Shown piece by piece: positions 1-7,221 of a stretch of DNA of 32,000 bases; positions within the stretch are counted from its first letter, which is position 1, and each line of letters starts with the position of its first letter. The notes under the pieces are model-generated. The model was not told the origin of the DNA and made no database searches. It saw only the letters and a list, made by a program, of their open reading frames with translations. The stretch is from the NCBI RefSeq assembly GCF_003710825.1, contig NZ_RHHQ01000007.1, positions 391,903-423,902 of the forward strand, read 5' to 3'. This DNA comes from Brevibacillus fluminis (GTDB lineage: Bacteria; Bacillota; Bacilli; Brevibacillales; Brevibacillaceae). Position numbers and translations under genes: made by a program.

Positions 1-645
1 GAATTGCTCGCGAACGGGTGCAAAGCCGGGTTCCTCAAAGCCGATGGTCTGCCTTCCCGATAACAGCTTAGACAAAACGTCGATGCTGTACGAAATGCCG
101 GAACCGACGACGATTTGTTCAGGGGAGCAGTTGACACCTCGAGAATTTTTCAAGTATTCCGCTAAAACAAGTCGAAGCGAATATTCCCCTTGGGCATCGC
201 CGTACCGGCAAACGCCTGCATGGCTGTCCAACGCCTCGTGGAGCATTTTCCGCCATATCCGTAAGGGAAACAGCGACTCGTCGACCGCAGAAGGATCGAA
301 ATCGACTGCTACCTTTTGGGGCACGGGCTCAGCTCTTGTTGGATGCATCGCTGAAAAAGCGCGAACGTGATCTGGATGAGCAGGCGAAGCTGGTTTGTCC
401 GTATGTGGATCAATGACGTAAAGACCGGAGCGCGGCTTGCTGTGTACATAGCCTTCAGCCAAAAGCATTTGGTAAGCCGTTTCAATCGGAGTTTTGCTAA
501 TGTTCATTTGGAGCTGGACCGATCGGACGGAAGGCAGACGCGTCCCTGGCGATATGCCACCATTGCGGATCTGATCGCGCATTTGCCGATAGAGCTGAAT
601 GTACATCGGCTGTTCGGATTGCGTGGAAAGGAGTATATCGAACAT
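1..645 (-). CDS. MocR/PdxR-type GntR-family transcriptional regulator, N-terminal ~215 codons (gene continues past the left window edge)
   Basis: Not in the ORF track because it has no stop codon in the window. My reverse-complement translation from ATG at 645 reads MFDILLSTQSEQPMYIQLYRQMRDQIRNGGISPGTRLPSVRSVQLQMNISKTPIETAYQMLLAEGYVHSKPRSGLYVID...VDFDPSAVDESLFPLRIWRKMLHEALDSH...YGDAQGEYSLRLVLAEYLKNSRGVNCSPEQIVVGSG, with no stop down to position 1. This is a GntR wHTH followed by the start of an aminotransferase-like domain. An alternative ATG lies at 657. Confidence 0.75.
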   Translation of the reverse strand, partial: MFDILLSTQSEQPMYIQLYRQMRDQIRNGGISPGTRLPSVRSVQLQMNISKTPIETAYQMLLAEGYVHSKPRSGLYVIDPHTDKPASPAHPDHVRAFSAMHPTRAEPVPQKVAVDFDPSAVDESLFPLRIWRKMLHEALDSHAGVCRYGDAQGEYSLRLVLAEYLKNSRGVNCSPEQIVVGSGISYSIDVLSKLLSGRQTIGFEEPGFAPVREQF

Positions 646-775
646 GGAGGCCCCCATTTGCAAACTGTCTTTTCATTTCGTTCAAAACTGACCATTTGTG
701 AGAGGTCAATTTTATCATAAGATGATAGTGAGCTTCTCGCAAGATAATCAATCAAAGGATAAAGGGAGTGTTTTC

Positions 776-1387
776 ATGCAGGCAAAATTGAACTTGAAAC
801 ATAAAAAAGGAACGGGGATTTCACCTCAAGCTTTTAACGATGGAATGACCAAAAATCAGGAGGAATTCAAAAGCTGGTACGAGCGCTTTACATGGGAGGG
901 AAAGGAAGAAGCCGCTTTTTTCGCTGACCACGGTTTGGAAAAGGGGATTTACTGTCAGATTCTTTGCACAGATTGGTGCCCGGATGTGATCTGGAATCTG
1001 CCAGTCCTGCTACGTGTGCTTGAGCGAGCCAGCATCCCGACGGAGATTTTGCCGATGGAGGAACATTTGGAGACGATGGACCTCTTCCTGATCAATGGCG
1101 GTCGCAATCAGCCGATCGCCATCTTTCTGAACGCAGATGGAGATGTCCTGGGCAGGTGGGGGGCACGTCCTCAGTACATTCAAGCCGTCATGGATGAGTT
1201 CCGTAGACAAAATCCGGATCGGGAGGCACCGGGCTATCAAGAGAAAGTTTCCATGGCTCGCAAAGAAATTGCGAAAATCTATAACGCGGGGACGGAATAC
1301 CAGAACGTGGTCGTGCAGGAAGTGCATCGGTTAATTGCGTCATTTGCAGACCGTTCCGAGAATCACGCGATAACCCGTCGTCCATAA
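776..1387 (+). CDS. thioredoxin-fold protein (Thioredoxin_9-like, WCxD motif)
   Basis: ORF 698..1387. The preferred start is ATG 776, with AAAGGGAG 8 nt upstream. The segment GIYCQILCTDWCPDVIWNLPVL...PIAIFLNADGDVLGRWGARP looks like a thioredoxin-like fold. Confidence 0.6.
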   Translation: MQAKLNLKHKKGTGISPQAFNDGMTKNQEEFKSWYERFTWEGKEEAAFFADHGLEKGIYCQILCTDWCPDVIWNLPVLLRVLERASIPTEILPMEEHLETMDLFLINGGRNQPIAIFLNADGDVLGRWGARPQYIQAVMDEFRRQNPDREAPGYQEKVSMARKEIAKIYNAGTEYQNVVVQEVHRLIASFADRSENHAITRRP

Positions 1388-1411
1388 AAAAACGAAAGGC
1401 GAGGTTTTTTG

Positions 1412-2695
1412 ATGGCAAACGAAACTTCTCGCGAGACGGGCTTACGAGGCGTTCTGTCGCTTCCCCAGATCGTTTCCCTTTATATCGGCTCGGTGATCGG
1501 TTCGGGTATTTTGCTTGTTCCCGGGTTAGTGGCGGAAAAAGCAGGCCCTGCATCTTTGATCGCATGGCTTGTGATGTCGATTCTGGTCATTCCGATGGCC
1601 ATCACCATGGGGCTTTTGGCAGCGAAGCATCCCAGCTCCGGTGGCGTTTCCCACTTTGTACGGCTTGCCTTCGGGGATCATTACGGCAATATGGTCGGCT
1701 GGCTGTTTCTCCTGTCTGTGCCGATCGGAGGGCCGGTACTCGCCGTGACGGGGGCGAGATATGTCGCGGCAGTGCTGCAATGGGGAGAGCAACAGGTATA
1801 CCTCGTCGCCACCATGATCCTGCTTGTGCCACTTTTGATGAACATTATCGGCTTGAAATTGGCCGGACGGGTGCAAACAATCGTCATCACCTTGATTCTC
1901 TCGGTACTGCTGCTCGCTATCGGCGCGGCCATTCCGCATTACGCTCCCGCGAATTTCACCCCGTTTATGCCAAACGGGTGGCTGAGTGTCTTGCAGTCGG
2001 CAGGATTGCTCTTTTGGTGCTTTATCGGGTGGGAAGCGGTCACGCATCTGTCTGCTGAATTCGTGAATCCGCAAAAAAACGCCATCCGTGGTGTCATGTG
2101 GAGTGCCGGGATCGTCGCTCTCCTGTATTTCGCCGTCGCTTTCATGACGGTGGCGACGCATAGCTACGGTAGGGATTTGTCGGCTGCATCGCTCAGCGTG
2201 ATGGTCCAGAAGTCGTTGGGGCCGATAGGAGGATGGATCGTCGCATGTGCCGCGCTTTTCATCTGCTTTGCCGCCCACAATGCATACTCCAGCGCAGCGT
2301 CGAGAATCGCATTTGCGCTTTCTATGGAGGGGGCTGCTCCAAAATGGTTCGGCATCCTGCATCGGACCTATCGGACGCCGATCGGCGGACTTGCATTCAT
2401 CGGAGCGGGAAATATCCTCGGACTGCTGGTCTTATACAATCATGTCATTTCGCTCTCCGACTTGATTGTATTGCCAAACGCGACGTTCGTCGCGACTTAT
2501 ATCGGTGGGTGTCTCGCAGGCGTTCGCTTGCTGCGTGACAGTCGGGTCGGCAAGGTCGCAGCATGGATTTCGCTGATTGTAACGCTCGGTTTGTATCCGT
2601 TTTTAGGATGGTCGGCTCTATACCCGCTCGCCATCGTGGTGATCTTGACAGTGTCACGCAGACGAAAGCTGGGCAAGGCCGAGCTGACCGGATAG
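1412..2695 (+). CDS. APC-superfamily amino acid permease
   Basis: ORF 1409..2695 (TTG 1409 or ATG 1412, with AAAGGCGAGG upstream). The protein is hydrophobic throughout and multi-TM. The N-terminal SLPQIVSLYIGSVIGSGILLVPG is typical of APC permeases. Confidence 0.85.
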   Translation: MANETSRETGLRGVLSLPQIVSLYIGSVIGSGILLVPGLVAEKAGPASLIAWLVMSILVIPMAITMGLLAAKHPSSGGVSHFVRLAFGDHYGNMVGWLFLLSVPIGGPVLAVTGARYVAAVLQWGEQQVYLVATMILLVPLLMNIIGLKLAGRVQTIVITLILSVLLLAIGAAIPHYAPANFTPFMPNGWLSVLQSAGLLFWCFIGWEAVTHLSAEFVNPQKNAIRGVMWSAGIVALLYFAVAFMTVATHSYGRDLSAASLSVMVQKSLGPIGGWIVACAALFICFAAHNAYSSAASRIAFALSMEGAAPKWFGILHRTYRTPIGGLAFIGAGNILGLLVLYNHVISLSDLIVLPNATFVATYIGGCLAGVRLLRDSRVGKVAAWISLIVTLGLYPFLGWSALYPLAIVVILTVSRRRKLGKAELTG

Positions 2696-2723
2696 ACACG
2701 CCTCTTCCTTTTCTTGAAGAATG

Positions 2724-2760
2724 AAAAAAGAAACCGGCCTTACAGATGGTCGGTTTCTTT
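2724..2760. terminator. bidirectional intrinsic terminator between the convergent permease and pilus genes
   Basis: AAAAAA-GAAACCGGCC-ttacagat-GGTCGGTTTC-TTT. The stem is 10 bp including one G-T pair. There is a T6 tract on the minus-strand reading and TTTCTTT on the plus-strand reading. Confidence 0.55.
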
Positions 2761-2821
2761 GCGTATCGATTGGATGATCAAAAATGCCAGGCTCATTCTG
2801 GGCTACAAAAAAGCCGCTGCC

Positions 2822-4645
2822 TCAATTCGTTTCAAACGCCATCGATTGAATATGATACGACAGCCGGTGAATGATCGGGATTCCAGGTGGTGTATTTTCA
2901 AAAATGTCGTCGGCATAGATCGTGCTGAGGCGGGACGATTTGGGATCATTATTTTTTGGATCGACAAATTCTGGCTCCGTTTCTCCTGCATCCTTATTTG
3001 GCTCATTCACTTTTCCCCGCACGGCATTCAACTCGATTTTGTTCGCATGAATCCCGCCGACAAACCGCACGTTCGAACCGACGCCGTACAACGTGACGCC
3101 TGCCGGGTCCTGACTGACGATGAAGACGTGCATCTCTTTTGGCTTCGGCGTTGCAGATTGATAGTCATACAGATTGAGATTGTAAGCTTCTACCGTCCCC
3201 TTCGCCAAAATCACCAATGTTTTTCCGGTGTTCGGCGCTTCCTTTGTGGCACCGTCCTCGGTAAAGTAGACGTTCTTGGAAACGTACACGGTTCCGTTCA
3301 TTTGGAAGTTTTTCTGTACGTAAAGATCGCCGTTCACGTAAATGTTGCCATCAAACGTCAAGTCCTCCAGTACAGCATTGCCGTTCACATAAATGAATGC
3401 GTTGGAATTGCGTGTGCCAGTGGAATCAACCAAGGAGACGGAGCCTCTCAGTGTTGCAGCCGCAGTGGAATCGGTTGCGTCACCGGTCCCGCCAACGAGC
3501 AGGTTACCGTCGATGACTTGCAAGTCCGCGTTTTCCTGCATGGTCAGATTTCCGTTGATTTGGAATGTTTCGGGTGACGTGAGATGATGCTTCTCTCCGA
3601 TGATGACGCTTTGATTTACCTCGCTTTTGCTAACCACTCCACTTTGATCTTCCCCTTGATAGGTGAGCGGCTCGATTGCGACGGAAGCGCCGGGCTTTTT
3701 GAAATCAATGGGTGCTCCTTTACGCTTCACGACCTCATCAATCGGCTGAATGTTCCCGAAATGTGGATTTGCCTGGAACTTAAGCGTGGGGGCAAGCACC
3801 AGCGCTTGATCCCATTGGCTTTGGACGGCCTTTTTCACCGAAGAAAAGCCGTTATCATCGAAGGCATTGCCGTCCTTTTGGAACCGGCTCGGCAGATCCT
3901 TATATGGAACAAAGGGTACCTCAGCCACTCCAATGATCGATGGATAGGTCGACTCCTTATGCTTGGGCACCATATTCGCAACCTCGTCGTTCGTCTCCAA
4001 ATAGTATGTGGCGGTTTTTGAAAGCGAATAAGCATGTGAGAAAACATCGCCTTCGATGTAAGCTGCTCCATTCAAGGTGAGCACAGAGGCCGGATCGTCT
4101 GGCGTAGACAGCACATAATAAAATTCTTCAGGCAGTGAAGTGACATAGATGGTTGCCTTCAAGGTGCTACGATCCACATGTCCGTTTGCAGAAGGGGCTT
4201 CCCCTACCGACTCGACTACAAGCTTCGCCACAAACGCCTCAATTTTCTTTTTTGCGGTCTCCGCTTTGGTCGGTTCCCGTTTGATCGTGATTTTATAGGG
4301 GGACTCGTCCATCGGTGTAAACGAATTTGCTTCCAGACTTGAAAAAGCACGGTCATAAGCGGCTTGGACGCCGTCCACATCAAGCGTATTACTGTCCCCA
4401 GTGAGCATGGCTGTTTTTCGCTGGATCTCGGCGTTGCCTTGTGTCACCGCTTTGTTGATGCGGGCAAGCGCTTCTTCCATACCCATCCGCGCGTTATATT
4501 CGGCTTCGCTGCGACTTTCCGTTTTTCGTGCCTGAACCAAGCTGCTTAACGTGACTTGCAGCAGATTGGTGCCGATCACGGTCAATAAAACGATAACGAT
4601 GAGAGCGACGATCGCAGCGTATCCATTTTCTTCTTTTAGCTTCAT
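2822..4645 (-). CDS. large PilX_N-type pilin-like protein (607 aa) with beta-helix-like C-terminal repeats; candidate pilus tip or priming-complex subunit
   Basis: ORF 2822..4705. The preferred start is ATG 4645, with GAGAGGGA upstream, 17 nt after the stop of the preceding gene. The N-terminus MKLKEENGYAAIVALIVIVLLTVIGTNLL is a pilin-like hydrophobic helix. The C-terminus carries NGN/DGN repeats (QINGNLTMQENADLQVIDGNLLVGG, YVNGNAVLEDLTFDGNIYVNGDLYVQKNFQMNGTVYV). Confidence 0.7.
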   Translation of the reverse strand: MKLKEENGYAAIVALIVIVLLTVIGTNLLQVTLSSLVQARKTESRSEAEYNARMGMEEALARINKAVTQGNAEIQRKTAMLTGDSNTLDVDGVQAAYDRAFSSLEANSFTPMDESPYKITIKREPTKAETAKKKIEAFVAKLVVESVGEAPSANGHVDRSTLKATIYVTSLPEEFYYVLSTPDDPASVLTLNGAAYIEGDVFSHAYSLSKTATYYLETNDEVANMVPKHKESTYPSIIGVAEVPFVPYKDLPSRFQKDGNAFDDNGFSSVKKAVQSQWDQALVLAPTLKFQANPHFGNIQPIDEVVKRKGAPIDFKKPGASVAIEPLTYQGEDQSGVVSKSEVNQSVIIGEKHHLTSPETFQINGNLTMQENADLQVIDGNLLVGGTGDATDSTAAATLRGSVSLVDSTGTRNSNAFIYVNGNAVLEDLTFDGNIYVNGDLYVQKNFQMNGTVYVSKNVYFTEDGATKEAPNTGKTLVILAKGTVEAYNLNLYDYQSATPKPKEMHVFIVSQDPAGVTLYGVGSNVRFVGGIHANKIELNAVRGKVNEPNKDAGETEPEFVDPKNNDPKSSRLSTIYADDIFENTPPGIPIIHRLSYHIQSMAFETN

Positions 4646-4661
4646 GGCTGACGTCCCTCTC

Positions 4662-5375
4662 TTAGTCAATGTGAATCCGGCTTGTGATTTGATAATGGAC
4701 GGCATCGTTGCCCGTTTGGCCCATGGTCAGATTGAGCACAAGCGCTGAATCGCCGGTTTCGTTCGTTTCCACCGTTACCGAAGAAGGGGCGAGCAGGGGA
4801 AAAGCCGGATCATTCAATTGTACCGTCTCGCTCGGTGCACGCCAGTCCTCGGTTCCTTCCGCATAACTTGTAAAATAGCACGTCTCCGTAAACAGCAGAT
4901 TCGACCGGTTCGTTGGTACGGAAAACGTTTCGCGGATTAGTTTATAGGGCGGCCCGTTGCTACCCTTCTTAACAGGAACGATCGTGTAGAGATAATAGAT
5001 TCGTGGGCTGGTCGTATTTTCTAGTTGCTTCTTACTTGTCCATAACGCACTCTGATAAAGATCATTGGTAGAATTTGCTGTCGTATTCATCACGCCGCCA
5101 ACCGTATCTCCCGGCTTGGAATTGATGAAGGCGAGGACATCATCTGATTTGTCCGTATTGGTCATCGAGGTGATGATCGCATTGGTCAGAGCGTCTGCAT
5201 GATTGCGGATCGTGACATCTGCGGTCACTTCCTTCTTCAAGGAAAGTGCGGAAAAAAACACGCCGTTGACCATCGTGATCACTAGCCCGAAAAGCACCAG
5301 ACCAGCCAGCAGCTCAATCAGTGTCAGACCGCTGTCATCTTGGAATCGGTCACGAAAGGAGCGAGCGCGCTTCAT
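4662..5375 (-). CDS. type IV minor pilin (prepilin-type N-terminal cleavage/methylation domain)
   Basis: ORF 4662..5459. The preferred start is ATG 5375 (GAAGGAGGA upstream), which overlaps the upstream stop as ATGA. The leader is MKRARSFRDRFQDDSG, followed by LTLIELLAGLVLFGLVI with Glu at +5. Confidence 0.8.
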   Translation of the reverse strand: MKRARSFRDRFQDDSGLTLIELLAGLVLFGLVITMVNGVFFSALSLKKEVTADVTIRNHADALTNAIITSMTNTDKSDDVLAFINSKPGDTVGGVMNTTANSTNDLYQSALWTSKKQLENTTSPRIYYLYTIVPVKKGSNGPPYKLIRETFSVPTNRSNLLFTETCYFTSYAEGTEDWRAPSETVQLNDPAFPLLAPSSVTVETNETGDSALVLNLTMGQTGNDAVHYQITSRIHID

Positions 5376-6016
5376 CGTCTCAAGTCCTCCTTCGTGATAA
5401 AGCATTCGACTGTGGTAGACGTGCGCGGATTCGACGCCGCGTCGGGTGCGTCTCCCCAATAGACGGTAACGGTCGCTTTGACCAGCAGATCTTCGAACGA
5501 CTCACTCTTTGAAAGTGAATTGACGTTGGTCAAAACGACTTTTGTATGGTACGTGGTTCCGTTGATATGGTCCAGATCGGCTTCGGTTTTGGGCGCGAGC
5601 GTAACAGGACTGACGTCAACAAGAGGCGGTAGCAGCTGTGCCGGGGTCGCTTGATGCAAATCTTCCAGTTTCGCAGGAAGATCAGGAATGGTTGCAGTCG
5701 CTGAATCGGTGAGCTTGCTCGGATCCGTATTTAACAAATGCTCTAGATCCTCGGTTACCTGATCAGCAGTCACGCCAATCAGTTTCAACCGAACTTTTTG
5801 GAAGCTCGCATCTTTCCAGCGCAGCGCCTCCTGCCTTGCCAAGGTGCTTGTGATCAGCTTGCGATCCGACACCTGCGCAGTGCTCTGCGCCTGATAGAAA
5901 TATTTAATGAATGTCAGCGAAATAATGGAAATAATCATAATCGCCGCAATCACCTCGATAAGCGATGATCCCCGCTCTGATCGAAATTGATATATATAGG
6001 ACATAAGTATCACCAT
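5372..6016 (-). CDS. PilV-like type IV minor pilin
   Basis: The N-terminus is M(VILM)SYIYQFRSERG followed by SSLIEVIAAIMIISIISL, i.e. G/SSLIEV with Glu at +5. An alternative start is ATG 6004. It is the first gene of the minus-strand three-gene operon. Confidence 0.8.
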   Translation of the reverse strand: MVILMSYIYQFRSERGSSLIEVIAAIMIISIISLTFIKYFYQAQSTAQVSDRKLITSTLARQEALRWKDASFQKVRLKLIGVTADQVTEDLEHLLNTDPSKLTDSATATIPDLPAKLEDLHQATPAQLLPPLVDVSPVTLAPKTEADLDHINGTTYHTKVVLTNVNSLSKSESFEDLLVKATVTVYWGDAPDAASNPRTSTTVECFITKEDLRR

Positions 6017-6096
6017 GCTCTCCGCAAAACTTGCTAGAATGACACAATTTATTGACGAAATCCATTTGTTTCTTCCAAAAAATATAGGCCTATTGT

Positions 6097-6125
6097 ATTA
6101 TAAATGGGAGGAAATTGGGAGTAAA
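6097..6125 (-). promoter_or_regulatory. candidate sigma-A promoter of the minor-pilin operon
   Basis: On the minus strand: TTTACT (6125-6120), a 17-nt spacer, then TATAAT (6102-6097), about 80 nt upstream of the start at 6016. Confidence 0.35.
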
Positions 6126-6263
6126 AATGCGAATTGACGAGCAAAAAAAGCCAAATTTCGCTAGAATGATTCTATCAATTTCCACGCGCTCCATGCTAGT
6201 TATTTTTGTCGATTTTTGTCAAATTAAGATGTAGTTTATCATGAAAGGGTGGTGGATTCCATC

Positions 6264-7199
6264 ATGCTGCCCGTTCTACTGTCAGCCGTCGTGAGCGGTT
6301 GCCTCAGCTTGCTTGCTGGACGCATGACGTACGCGTTTTATCCCGCTGCAAATGAACGGGCCCATGTTCTCATGCTGTATCTAGCTTTTTTCAGTCCGCC
6401 GCTGTTTTTTCTGATTAAGCTGCAATTTGGATTATCAGCGTTCCTACTCAGCCTGGCTCTATGGACGGCGGTCGTGCTAGTCGCCATTGCGCTGTATTGG
6501 AAGAATGGCAACAGGGACGAACAAGCGGATGAGGAAGAAGAGGAGCTGCTTGCTTTTTCGTGGGAGCTATCGGAAAAAGAGCAGGTGAAGCTCGCAACTG
6601 AGGAGTCAGTCATTGAGAATGAGGGGCTTGCAAGCGACATTCTGATCATAGAGGAGGCACAGCCGCTACCGACCGTTGACACTGAGCTTGCGAGCAAGGA
6701 GATTGCGGTCATGGCCGCCGGGGAAGAGGATGACGCTTCTGCTGAGCTTTTCCCTATTGAGAACAGTCCCGTATACATAGATGCGCCGATCCATTCAACG
6801 TTGCAGGAACCCGACGTTCCTGCTGTATTGGCTCAGCCGGATGAGCAGGAGGGGGAAGCGGGTTACGATATCGAGCATTTTTATTCAAAACAAGAAGAAA
6901 CAGAAGGGACAGACGAGAACGCATTATTTCTAGATCAGGAAGAATCGCCGGATCGAGAATTAATCTCGGATTTGTCTGCATTGCTGGCAGAAGAACACGT
7001 CCCGAAGGTACCTTCTCGCGTCCCGCAATCACACCAAGCGCAGGCGTTGTGGTCACTCCCAACCTCTCCCGTTTTGCAGATGGAGTCGCTAGAGGTGGCG
7101 GCACAGGAAAGCGCCGCTGCATTTGAACAAGTGCCGGTTGAACAAGAAAAATCTCGATTGTACGAACTTGAGGAACTTTTGCAGCCTCTAAAAGAATAG
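6264..7199 (+). CDS. hypothetical membrane-anchored, highly acidic protein (ORFan at the head of the pilus array)
   Basis: ORF 6249..7199. ATG 6264 is preceded by AAGGGTGGTGG. There are about three N-terminal hydrophobic segments (LPVLLSAVVSGCLSLLAG, VLMLYLAFFSPPLFFLI, FLLSLALWTAVVLVAIALY). These are followed by a long E/D-rich low-complexity tail (DEQADEEEEELL, AAGEEDDASAE, QPDEQEGEAGYDIEH, KQEETEGTDENALFLDQEESPDRE). Confidence 0.6.
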   Translation: MLPVLLSAVVSGCLSLLAGRMTYAFYPAANERAHVLMLYLAFFSPPLFFLIKLQFGLSAFLLSLALWTAVVLVAIALYWKNGNRDEQADEEEEELLAFSWELSEKEQVKLATEESVIENEGLASDILIIEEAQPLPTVDTELASKEIAVMAAGEEDDASAELFPIENSPVYIDAPIHSTLQEPDVPAVLAQPDEQEGEAGYDIEHFYSKQEETEGTDENALFLDQEESPDRELISDLSALLAEEHVPKVPSRVPQSHQAQALWSLPTSPVLQMESLEVAAQESAAAFEQVPVEQEKSRLYELEELLQPLKE

Positions 7200-7221
7200 T
7201 GGAAAAGCCGGGTGAAAACGA

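Noticed and set aside
44-720. Plus-strand ORFs 44..370 and 367..720 from the ORF track.
   Set aside because: They have no RBS and no recognisable sequence features. They are fully overlapped by a minus-strand reading frame that is open to the window edge and translates into a clear GntR wHTH plus aminotransferase-like sequence. They are shadow ORFs.
1526-2362. 278-aa minus-strand ORF antisense to the permease gene.
   Set aside because: Its Arg/His/Asp-rich composition is typical of antisense frames of membrane-protein genes. The plus-strand frame is a coherent APC permease.
2714-3577. 287-aa plus-strand ORF antisense to the PilX-like gene.
   Set aside because: It starts inside the bidirectional terminator region and has no RBS. 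Its sequence is Cys/Arg/His-rich and looks like junk. The minus-strand frame has a pilin-like N-terminus and operon coupling.
6127-6234. 35-codon ORF (MRIDEQKKPNFARMILSISTRSMLVIFVDFCQIKM) in the divergent pilus control region, with GGGAG 5 nt upstream.
   Set aside because: It is short, lies in AT-rich promoter DNA, and has no recognisable features or conservation evidence available. It could only be supported by Ribo-seq or comparative data.
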